Assembly: GCF_018977255.1 (NCBI RefSeq)
Contig: NW_024704742.1
Location: 85,810,001-85,874,000, forward strand
Reading direction: 5' to 3'
Origin: Callorhinchus milii
Taxonomy: Eukaryota
Length of the DNA: 64,000 bases
Shown: one piece after another, positions 37,795 to 49,054 of the stretch
Layout: the number at the start of each line of letters is the position of its first letter
Position numbering within the stretch: the first letter of the stretch is position 1
Notes under the pieces: generated by a model
Told to the model about the DNA's origin: nothing
Seen by the model: only the letters and a program-made list of their open reading frames with translations
Databases searched by the model: none
Made by a program: the position numbers and the translations under genes

Positions 37795-38810
37795 AACGGG
37801 TTCGTGACCACTTTTGACAGCCTTTTTTAAAAAAAATGGACGTTTTATATTTGTTCGGTTGTTTTTTTGAAAGAAAGAGAAAGAAAGAGAGAGGGAGGAA
37901 GTGAGGGGGGAGGGAGGGAGGGGGTGAAGTGTCTTTATATAAACGGCTGACACGCGAGAAACTGACTCCCGGCCACGCGCCGCGTGAACCGCTCGTCACC
38001 GGAAGTTGGGGCGAATGGAGCCGACCACGTGACGGCGGCACCGATGCAATGATGTCATGCACCGTGTCTGTGATTGGCTCAGCGCCGCCCCCCCCTAACA
38101 CCCGCCCCCATCTCACCCCAACACCGTCCGCCCGGCTCACACCCTGAATGGATGTGCGCCCTGTCAATACACGACCCAGGAGCCAATCAGCGCCAGGGGG
38201 CGGTTGCGCGATCAGATCCCGCCTCTTGCCCAAGCCGATTGGTTCCGCGAGGTGTCAATCAACGAGCGCGCACACAGTTTTGCCGTTAACCCTTTTCACG
38301 CCCTCGACGCCATTCGCCGAGTGCTCCGCCACCGCCGCCTTCACTGAGCCGACGGTGGCGCGATTATACAATCGGCGGCGCGGAAGAATAGAGTCCGCCC
38401 ATTCCCCCCCTCTCCCCCCTCCCCCGCGCGGCTCTCGCTGCCTTCCGCCCTCGGCTCCTCCACTGGTGACCGCGGCTCAATGGGAGCGTCTCTGTCAGAC
38501 ACACCGTCGGTCATCACCATCACCATCCCGACCTGACACACACAACACGGTTCCCGAGGAGCACCGCCCGCGCCCATCTCTCGCGGTGACAGGAATTGGC
38601 TGTTTGTTGAGAGGGTACACAGTACAACCAGATCTCAGGGAGGAGGAGGAGGGAGAGGTGAGTGAGTGAGCCCCGGGAGGCCGGAGAGCGGAGCCCAGTC
38701 AACTGTGAGCCGGAGCCGGAGGGGGGGGGAGGCATTGTCTTGTTCTGGGGGTCGGGGAGAGGATTCCGGGGGATCTCTCTTGAGAGGCGTGAGATAGGCC
38801 CCCGTCCCGA
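37750..38810. promoter_or_regulatory. Bidirectional CpG-island promoter shared by C9orf85 and ABHD17B
   Basis: Only strongly CpG-rich non-repeat stretch apart from the ABHD17B coding exon. Contains ETS CCGGAAGT (37999-38006), E-box CCACGTGAC (38025-38033), three CCAAT/ATTGG boxes (~38073, ~38183, ~38238), GC boxes and palindromic TTTATATAAA (37934-37943). Confidence 0.85.
38400..38657 (+). other. ABHD17B: Probable non-coding exon 1 (5'UTR) of ABHD17B; start uncertain
   Basis: Inside the CpG island, ends at a consensus donor GAG|GTGAGT (GT at 38658-38659). The coding exon has an acceptor upstream of its ATG, so an upstream exon is needed. Confidence 0.65.
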
Positions 38811-38812
38811 GC

Positions 38813-40790
38813 GTGTGTGTGTGTGTGTGTGGAGGGGGGGGTGTCCTGTGTATGTGGAGGGGGGGGTGTCCTGTGTATGTGGAGGGGGGGGTGTCCTGTG
38901 TATGTGGAGGGGGGGGAGCGTCCTGTGTATGTGGAGGGGGGGTGTCCTGTGTATGTGGAGGGGGGGTGTCCTGTGTATGTGGGGGGGGGGGTCCTGTGTA
39001 TGTGATGGTGGGGGGGCGTCCTGTGTATGTGGAGGGGGGGGCGTCCTGTGTATGTGGAGGGGGGGGGCGTCCTGTGTATGTGGAGGGGGGGGGGCGTCCT
39101 GTGTATGGTGGGGGGGGGGTGTCCTGTGTATGTGATGGTGGCGTCCTGTGTATGTGGAGGGGGGGGGTCCTGTGTATGTGGAGGGGGGGGGCGTCCTGTG
39201 TATGTGGAGGGGGGTGTCCTGTGTATGTGATGGGGGGGGGGGGCGTCCTGTGTATGTGATGGTGGGGGGGCGTCCTGTGTATGTGATGGTGGGGGGGGCG
39301 TCCTGTGTATGTGATGGGGGGGGGCGTCCTGTGTATGTGGAGGGGTGGGGGAGGGGGGCGTCCTGTGTATGTGATGGGGGGGGCGTCCTGTGTATGTGAT
39401 GGGGGGGGGGCGTCCTGTGTATGTGGATGGTGGGGGGCGTCCTGTGTATGTGATGGTGGGGGGGGGGGGCGCTGTGTATGTGATGGTGGGGGGGGGCGTC
39501 CTGTGTATGTGGGGGGGGGGCGTCCTGTGTATGTGATGGGGGGGGGCGTCCTGTGTATGTGGAGGGGGGGGGGGCGTCCTGTGTATGTGTGATGGGGGGG
39601 GGCGTCCTGTGTATGTGATGGTGGGGGGGGGGGGGGCGTCCTGTGTATGTGTGGGGGGGGGGCGTCCTGTGTATGTGATGGTGGGGGGGGCGTCCTGTGT
39701 ATGTGGAGGGGGGGGGGGTCCTGTGTATGTGATGGTGGGGGGGGGGGCGTCCTGTGTATGTGATGGTGGGGGGGCGTCCTGTGTATGTGGAGGGGGGGGT
39801 GTCCTGTGTATGTGATGGTGGGGGGGGGGGGGGGTCCTGTGTATGTGGAGGGGGGGGCGTCCTGTGTATGTGGAGGAGGGAGTGTCCTGTGTATGTGATG
39901 GTGGGGGGGGGCGTCCTGTGTATGTGAGGGGGGGGCGTCCTGTGTATGTGATGGGTGGGGGGGTCCTGTGTATGTGGAGGGGGGGGGCGTCCTGTGTATG
40001 TGATGGTGGGGGGGGGGCTCCTGTGTATGTGATGGTGGGGGGGGCGTCCTGTGTATGTGATGGTGGGGGGGGCGTCCTGTGTATGTGATGGGGGGGGGGC
40101 GTCCTGTGTATGTGATGGAGGGGGGGGGGGCGTCCTGTGTATGTGGAGAGGGGGTGGAGGTTGTATGTGGAGGGTGTATGTGGAGGTGGGGGAGGGTGTG
40201 TCCTGTGTATGTGGGGGCCGGTGTGTTCTGTATGTGGAGGTGGAGCGGGGGGGGGGGGGGGGTGTCCTGTGTGTGTGGAGGGGGAGGGGTATCCTGTGTG
40301 TGTGGAGGGGGAGGGGTATCCTGTGTGTGTGGAGGGGGGAGGGGTATCCTGTGTATGTGGACGGGGGGTGTGCCCTGTGTATGTGGAGGGGGTGTGCCCT
40401 GTGTATGTGGAGGGGGGTGTGCCCTGTGTATGTGGAGGGGGTGTGCCCTGTGTATGTGGAGGGGGGGTTGCCCTGTGTATGTGGAGGTGCCCAGTGTACG
40501 CGGAAGGGGGTGGAGGGGTGTGTCTTGTGGAAGTGGGGGGGGCGGGGTCCTGCGGAGGTTGGGGTGCTATCCTGCGGAGGTTGGGGGGTTGCCCTGCGGC
40601 GGGGTGTGTGTGTCCTGCGGAGGTTGGGGGGGGGTGTCCTGCGGAGGTTGGGGGGGGTGTCCTGCGGAGGTTGGGGGGGTGTCCTGCGGAGGTTGGGGGG
40701 AGTGTGTCCTGTGGGGGTGTGTGTCCTGTGGGGGTGTGTGTCCTGTGGGGGTGTGTGTCCTGTGGGGGTGTGTGTCCTGTGGAGGTGAGG
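38813..40790. repeat. G-rich minisatellite (~15-27 bp units, core GTCCTGTGTATGTG plus a G-run) in ABHD17B intron 1
   Basis: Directly visible tandem array starting with (GT)n; it produces the spurious P/H/T-rich and G/V/C-rich ORFs. Confidence 0.97.
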
Positions 40791-41467
40791 GAGGGAGTTA
40801 AATGACCCTCCCCCCCCCCCCCACACCACAAAATGTGGGAAACGTGTTGAATAGTATAGTATTTTGTATAGTAATAAGGGAATAAAGTGGGGGATTTATT
40901 TGTGGGGGAGGACACGCATTAGCATTGCAAACTGTGCGGGTTATATCCAGGTGGTTTGGTACATCCTCCCGACGTGAAAGGCGCTCTATAAATATAATTG
41001 TTGTTGTTGTTTCTTGTGGCGGCTTCCTCACAGTTGATGCTGACCCGAGGATTGGGGGGGGGACGGAGGGAGGGTGAGGGAGCTTCTCCTGTACTCTCCT
41101 CTTGCCACCTGTGAGGAGATTATCTGCATCGCCTAGTGTCTTTTTTTAAAAAAAAAATATTTGTGGGGCGAGAGGGAGAGAGATCGGATCGTTTCAAAAC
41201 GATTTAAAGAAGGTGTTGGAGCAGAAGGGAAATAAAGTTAAATAAATGTTCTCCAACTGTGCAATCGGACCTTCTCTGGGATGCATTCAAAATGTATTGA
41301 TCGTTTTTGTTTCATTTATTATTAATATTATTATTATTAGACTCTCCAACCTGACCCCTCCCCATGAGATGCATTCAATGTGCTGATGTTCCTGTGTGTT
41401 GATTTGTTGTGGTTATTGTCAGGACCTCTTGCTTTCGGCCTAGTCCGACACCGGGGCTTTTTTGGGA

Positions 41468-41934
41468 ATGAATAACCTATCACTGAGCGAGCTGTGCTGC
41501 CTCTTCTGCTGCCCTCCCTGCCCGGGGCGCATCGCCTCCAAGCTGGCCTTCCTGCCGCCAGAGCCCACCTACGCGCTGATGGCGGATGAGTCTGGCAGCC
41601 GCTGGAGCCTGCACCTGTCTGAGCGGGCCGACTGGCAGTACTCCCAGCGGGAGAAGGACTCCATCGAGGCCTTCATGACCAGGACCACCCGGGGCAACCG
41701 GGTCGCCTGCATGTTCATCCGCTGCTCGCCCACCGCCAAGTTCACGCTGCTCTTCTCACACGGCAACGCCGTGGATCTGGGACAGATGAGCAGTTTCTAC
41801 ATCGGCCTGGGCTCCAGGATCAACTGCAACGTCTTCTCCTACGATTACTCTGGCTACGGGGCCAGCGCCGGGAAACCTTCCGAGAAAAACCTCTACGCAG
41901 ATGTGGACGCAGCCTGGCAAGTCCTGAGGACCAG
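41468..41934 (+). CDS. ABHD17B: ABHD17B (alpha/beta-hydrolase depalmitoylase), first coding exon
   Basis: [35 protein letters not shown]...[12 protein letters not shown]...YDYSGYG...LRTR. N-terminal Cys cluster; the MNNLS start and C9orf85 neighbour favour paralog B. Acceptor TTGTCAG| at 41422, donor AG|GTAGGT at 41935 (phase 2). Downstream exons (GQSIG catalytic motif) not found in the window. Confidence 0.93.
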
Positions 41935-44559
41935 GTAGGTTGGCCACACTGCAACACGGTGCTTATGACATTTGTTTTGCCTATTGTCTTCGTGGATTGA
42001 AGGTCTCTTGAAAATTACGAATAGCAATAACTCAACAGCAACAATATTGCATTTATACATTTCCTTATCACGTTAGAAGGACGTCCCAAGGCGTGGACAG
42101 TTTAAAGGGTTTGTACCCGAGCTGGGGATTGGAATCAAGAGGGCTGGGAGGGTCCCCGAAAGCATGGTCAAAGAGGAAAGCTTGAGACAGGGAAAAAAAA
42201 CAACGATCTTAAAGTGTTCGGTTTCTCCTCGTTCTACTTATTCCACCCCCCTCCCCTCCATTACACCGTTACTATGTTTGCATAGTATTTGCATGTTAGG
42301 ATTTAATTGTTTCGGGCAGTTTCTGCAACCAAAGTCATTTCAAGATTGCGGTTGTCAAATGTACTAGTTTCCTCTGGTCATTATTAGTTTGCTGTTTGTC
42401 TGTGACTGACCAGCCTTGTTAGGAAATGGTAGAAAGGCCTGGCATTGATGGTTATGATGCAACTTTCTTCAGGTTACGGTGGTTTGTGACAACTCCCACT
42501 TGGTTATATGCTATTATATCATTGGAAATCAGTGTCTCAGAAGTGACCCATTTATTTTAATAGTATATGTTATGTGCGAAAGGGCTCACTTTAAGGTGCT
42601 TAGGCTCCTCACCACCATTCTTCAAGTAAAAGAGCCAAGAAAGGTGATAATACCTGTCTAAAATAGCTGCCAAACATGACCGGCAAGACCTACAACTTCT
42701 CCCTGTGCCACTAATAAATGCCAGTATTTATTTTACCCAATGAATGAAGACAATAGTGCTGGTAAGTCTAATCATTGAGACAATTATTGAGGCTGTTTTC
42801 CTCCAACCCCCACTCTAAATCTACCATAAAACTTCGCTTTTCAACCTTGCCTATGGTCATCTTACCTACCCGTCTCTTTGTTTTTGCCCCTGCTCTGTGT
42901 CCGTCCTTGCCACTTTAAAGCACTCCAAGACATTGTTGTACCTGAAAGGTGTTCTATAAGTGAAAGTTGTTATGATGAAATTGGAATAAAACTGAATTAT
43001 GGTGTCTGAAGTCAGTAAATCCAAAATTGAAGATTGACTAGATGGGTTAGGTCTCTTCAACCTTGAAAAGAGATGTCTTGAAAGAGTTATATATGATGAG
43101 CCAAAGAAAGTAAAGCAATATTTTAAAATACTTCAAGAAAATAGATCAAGAGGACATAGGTTCAGGGTTGTGAAGTGCACCAGGAAGTATTTCACTGCAC
43201 CATGGGTATTCAAAAGCTAGAACAAGTTACCAGGAATAGTAGTTGAGGCCAGGGCAGTTGCCTAATTTCAAGAAACTGCGTGATGGAAAGCGGATAGATG
43301 AAATCAAGTCAGCAGAAGGCCCTTCATTATTTGAACCAATCTTGTAAAAATTGTCTTTATTTTATAATATGTTAATTGTTTGACTTATAGTAAGTAATAA
43401 CGGTGTCTGCTGAAAAAATGCTTCATTTTTATGGATTGTGCACATCTGTTTACTCTTTACACAAAGTCTTAATTTTGCGGAGCATGTGTAAGTAGAAACT
43501 TGCATCTCTGATCTCATCAATTTTCACCTAATTATCTATTTTGATCTGAATTATCTGTACCATCTGGTTTTCTATTACAATTTGTGTAAGCTTGGTGGGA
43601 GGAAATGTAACCATGTGCGCTTTGAGTTGCTTAGAATTAGTGCAGTAATTTGTTCTTGTGACTAGTTCCCCATTCCTTTACGTGTGACTTAGTTGTATTC
43701 ATTGAATAAAAGGAAACTCTGACAGGATCAATAACTTGACTTCTGACTGCATCAATGATCCTGTTATGTAATAATTCTCTTTCTCCCCCTTCCATTTACC
43801 AAAGTGAATTCTAGTAAATTTGAAATGTGAAATACTTTATCATAACTAGAGTATGGGTCAGCGTTTGAGGCTCAATTTGCTAGTCTAATAATGTAGAACC
43901 CAAATTTGTCTATGTTAAAGATTCTCTGTGAAAATTGACTATTTCAAAAATCTGCACGCTTCCTAAAGTCTCAGTTGAAGCACATTTTTGTGTATTACAT
44001 AGAATGATCCTGCCAGGAAACAGGCCATTCAGCCCAACTAGTGCATGCTGATATTTATACTCCATATCAGCCTCCACCCCTCCTATTCCCTTTTGTCTAT
44101 TAGATTCTTTGTCTTGTATACATCAAGGTTCCTGTTAAATAATAGACAACTGCACTTTTCATTTTCAATTTAAAAACTGTTTACTGAGTGCCTACCCACT
44201 TGGTGGGGGGACTTTGGTAGGAAAAACCTTTGGAAAATCTTGAACATTACCTGACTCATGTTATAATTGGTGGTCAATAATTTGGTTGGTAATCTATGTT
44301 TGTGAAGTGACTTATAGTGTTATTATTCAAAATAAAATACATTACTGGTGCCAGTTCTTACAAATACGATGCAAAATACATTTGTGTAGCCCATTTCACA
44401 TCGGGAGAGCGCCCCAAGGGGCTGGACAGTCAGGGATTTGGTCCGAGCAGTGGGTTCTTGACCTAGAAATTCTCTGTGGTTCCTATATTTACTGTAATTC
44501 ATTCTGGGACGCTACTCTGTATGAGGGGTGCTATATAAATGGTGATGGTGGTTGTTGTT

Positions 44560-45350
44560 GTAGGAGTGTAAACTTCCTGCAGCTGAATATGGACAAGACG
44601 GAAGCTCTCGTCAATGTCTTCACTCCTGCGGATCTAAACTCCTCAACCTCCCTGGGCTCTCCCTCAGACTCACCGAACCAGTGCGCAACCTAGCCGTCTG
44701 GTTTGACTGGGTCTTTCCTCCCCCACATCTGGTCCCTGACCAGGACCGCTTTCTTCCACCTCTGCCATAATGCCCGCCTCTTACCTTATCCCAAATGCAT
44801 CCAAAACCCTTGTGCATGTGTTTGTCACCTCCTGCTTACATTACTCCAATGCACTTCTTGTTGATCTCTCCAGCTCCATCATTCACAAGATCCAGCTCGT
44901 TCAAAACTCTGCTGCCCTCATACTGACCAGGACCAAACTCTGTGCCCACAACTCACCAGTTCTGGCCAGGCTCCACTGGCTCCCCATCACCGAACGAATT
45001 GACTTCAAGATCCTCACACTCGTGTTCAAATCTATTCACTCCCTGGCACCTCCCTACCTCTCCGACCTCCTCACTCCCCAATCCACCACCCGGCATCTCC
45101 GCTCGACTGGCACTGGCCACTTGCTCGTCCCTCACACCCTCCGTCCCACCATCTGAGGTCACTACTCCCCAAAACTCTGGAACACTCTCCCTCAATCCCT
45201 CTGCCTTGCCCCCTCTCTCCTGAAAACTGAAAACTTTCCTGTTCGACTGTGCTTACAGCCATCTCCCCACTCCCCCGGCTCGGACTCAGGCTCCGCCACT
45301 GTTAAACGCTCTGTGTGGAGGGTGCTATATAAGTGCAAGTTGTTGCAGTT
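44560..45350 (+). mobile_element. L2 3' fragment
   Basis: LVHVFVTS.LHYSNALL..VQNSAA..LHWLPI..FKILTL; (TTG)n-like tail. Confidence 0.87.
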
Positions 45351-48300
45351 GATTACAATGATTATTTTTCTTCTTTCCAACCCCTCCTGCAGTTGTTTTT
45401 TTGTACCAATGAAATTCTGATGTTATATATTGTTTTTCTTTGTTAGTTTGGTTTGTGATGATTAAACGGTATTTAGTCATCAGCTTGGCTCACTGAGCAG
45501 CTCCCTTGCCTCTGGGTAGAAGGCTGGAGGTTCAAGTTCCCCTCGGTGACTTAGCAGTATGGCACTGGGGCAGCACTGAATTGTTGGAGGTGCCGTTCTC
45601 CGAATGAGATGTTAAGCTCAGTCCATTAAAAAATTAAACAAAACACTTTGAAAGGAGAAGGGAGTTCCTTCTTGTGTTCTAACCAACAATAAATTGGTCA
45701 TTCACTGCATTCATAACCAGATAAATTGGTCATTCACTGCAAGGCTCTTTATGGGACATTGCTGTATGCAAATTAACTGCGTGTTCATCTACTTCACTTT
45801 ACAGCAAATAACTGAAGTGCTTTGCGACATTTTAATACTGTGGGTGAATGAAATACAAGATTTATTTAACATTGCATTTAACAATGTATGTGACACCAAT
45901 GGAGTCCCGTAGGATATTGGTTAGAGTGCTCACCTTGCAAGCGAGGGGTCCCGGGTTCCATTCCCAGGCGGGGCAAAATCTTATACAAGTTTCATTCATC
46001 ATTGGGTGCACCTCTGCCCTACCCTATAATGAGTCATCACCACCTAATTATTGCGTGAGTGTTTGATCAACAATAATACTATTTTGAAATTCCATTTTCA
46101 TACCTCATACAGAACCTAACTTTCATCTCCTTTCTTTGCAATTCACACGCACACACACAAACACCAAATTAATCTTGTTTCTTAAAAACACTGCTGCATT
46201 GAAGAGGGTCTAGTTTCATATGCTGAACTTTCAATCATTACACTCACAATATACAGGTATACGCCACATACCTCTGCTTACATAGCAGTAAGTAGGAACC
46301 CGGTTGTTAGTAGATTAGTGGATCGCTTTCTGGGGTTTGATAATTCCTTCAGAAGTAAAATAATAATTTGGTCACTCAATCCACAACTGTGGAACAATGC
46401 AGTGTGGAATTGGCTGCTGCATTTTGCCCACAAAATACACAGTCCACCTACTTTACAATATATCCTGTGAAGTGTTTTGACATGTCTCGACAGTGTGATA
46501 AGACGCTATATCAAATGCAAGGATGATTCTTATTCGAAACCAAAGCCTATACTGAGTAATGTTTGAACATTGCTTTTATACTTGGTTAATGAAGTAGTGC
46601 TGTTAAGAACACTATTTGTGAGTTATTAAAATGAAGTCTAAACACCAGTTTGCAAAGGTAATAAAAGTTAGGTTCTGTATGAGGTATGAAAAAGTATTAT
46701 TATTGTTGGTCAAGCCCTCATGCAACAGTTAGATGGTGATGACTCATTATAGGGTAGGGCAGAGGTGCACCTAATGATGAATGAAAGCATCTTAAGTTAC
46801 ATCACTTAGGGATAGGCCCTGACTTATGTTTTTAGTGCATTCCCTATGCTTCAATATATTTTCTACTTTCCTTTCTAGGAATACTTGACATTTTATATTA
46901 TAACCACAGGATTCCTTCACCAAACCCTCTGCAAATTGAAACCGTGTAATAAAACATTCCTGCTTTTTTACAAAACGTAAGAGTACTTAAGGTCACAAAG
47001 ACTAATTCCGTGTTTGAACTACTGGGCGGAAACCTGAGTACAGTTCCTGTAGTTTCATGTCATGTGGAGTTACAGATTTTGGGAGTGCTTTTAATTGGCT
47101 TATCGTAATAAGTGAAGAAAAGAATTACCTTCGAGTCCATTATTAATTTAATGACGCTCGAAGGTGCACTCTGTTGCAGGGAAACGGGAGTGGGAGCAAG
47201 GTGCATCCCCTTGAGTGTATATTGTTATTACCTTTCACAACTGAGATGGAATAACAGATTGCCATCCTTCTTGGTAGCAAGCACATAGTCATGTAAATGA
47301 AAAAAGATTAGATGTTACGAAATGGCAAGGTTGTCACAATAAAGATTTTGAAATACTGAATTGTTTTGTGGTCAATAATCTACGCTGCCAATTATACTGA
47401 GTTTCTTTAACCCAAGATCACCTAGTGAGCAGTCTTTCATGCCTTATTTGGGTATTCAGTAAATGCAATTCAATGTTTCAGTTCTAGCATTCTGTTAATA
47501 TTATGCCTTGGGCACAATACATCACATTGTAGAGGTTATTTAATATTGCAGTGTTATTTGTGTGACTTTACGTTTTCAGCAAAAATAGCTGGAGGAGCTG
47601 ACTGGAGGGAGCTAATCTGCAGACAACACATTGAACTTGCCAAGTTTTAAAAACAATCCAGGTATAACCAGGTCATTGTCATTTAGGTTAAACTGATTTA
47701 CCCAACTTTTGTGAAATTTTTAAAACATATCATGAAAATGATGAGGTTGCTAGTAGCTAAAGACCAGGATTGGTCAAACAAAGAATCATACAGCACAGAA
47801 GGAGGCCATTTGGCCCATCGTGTCTGTGCTGGCTCTTTGAAAAGAGCTATCCAAATTAATCCCGCTCCCCCGCTCTTTCCCCATAGCCCTGCAAACTTGT
47901 CCTCCCCAAATAATTGTCTGGGATAAGGGAATGATTTGATTTTAGGACTGTGCAATATTACCAAGGGCTCTGAATAAGCAACTTTAAGTTTGTGGAATCA
48001 AAAGCACCTAAACTGCTGGTAAGACTGACTGAGCACATTGTCAGCAAGTGTGAAGAGCTGGTGAGTGTATTTTTCTACCAGTCCATGCAGATAATAAGCT
48101 GCAGAGACGAGAGCAAACTATTATATATCCATACTACGATAGGTACCACTGCATTATACTAACTATTCACGTATAAATGCGGAGTCAGTAAGTCCTATAA
48201 AGGGTTTTGAGATGTTTTGATGTGTTGAGGCTCTTTCATTATTGAATGTAAAGATTATTATTTTATAGAGCAGTTTCCAGGGGCAAAACAGCTGTAATGT

Positions 48301-49054
48301 TAGGTTGTGGAATCCATTTCAGGCCTTTGAATCTATTTTCCAAAGATTTCAGTACTGAATATGAAGGGTCAATATGGTGAAAATAGTGAGCAGAAGTGGG
48401 TAAGTTAGCCTATTTATCCCTCCACATCCAACAGGTTTTCTGGTCTGTATAGCCTTGTGTGCCTTGTCTTTGTCGGACAGGTTTCAGTCACATGCAGAAA
48501 CCTTCTCTTTGCCCCCCCCCCCCCCCCACACACACACAATGAGGGTAGTACTATGTTGCCTTGAGGAGTCTTGTGAAAACTTGATTGATTATGAATCAAC
48601 ATGACTCTTTGAATACGTCATTGTGGCTTCTAATTGCTTTTGGCCACAGTGTCAAGACCCGGTTTTCTCAACCACACAATCTCCAAATGTTTTCTTTTGG
48701 GCAGAATCTTGAACACAAAACATGTATTTAACTGTTAAAGAAAAAAATAGTATTCAAAGAGTACTTAAATTGATATCTGCAACATACTAACCAGCAAATA
48801 AGGTTTAGTGTGTAAAATAACAATTTGCACTTGTATAGGGTCTTGCAATCAGGGTGAATGGCTTTAAAGCACTTTATAAAGATAATATAAGTCGCACTTG
48901 GAAGGAGACTGGAGGGGTGGAGGGAGTTAGCTGAAAGCGCAGTGCTGGGGATGTGCTGCATTGTCAGAGGTGCCATCCTTCTGATGAGAAGTTAAACTGA
49001 GAAGGTCTGCCTGCCCAAGTGGATATTAAAGATCCCACTCATGGTACTATTTGA

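Noticed and set aside
37727..38669. ORFs of 70-170 aa across the promoter
   Set aside because: Expected by chance in GC-rich DNA; no recognisable domains apart from the true C9orf85 exon 1.
38813..40790. CRISPR-like repeat/spacer appearance (also the 16-bp array at 49517-49695)
   Set aside because: No unique spacers, no cas genes, and a eukaryotic intronic context.
38520..40915. 769-aa and 738-aa Pro/His/Thr-rich ORFs (and G/V/C-rich plus-strand ORFs)
   Set aside because: Translations of the minisatellite; several frames are open only because the unit lacks stop codons, and variable G-runs shift the frame.
46774..46822. C/D-box snoRNA (ATGATGA ... CTGA)
   Set aside because: Boxes under 50 nt apart, no terminal stem and no recognisable guide.
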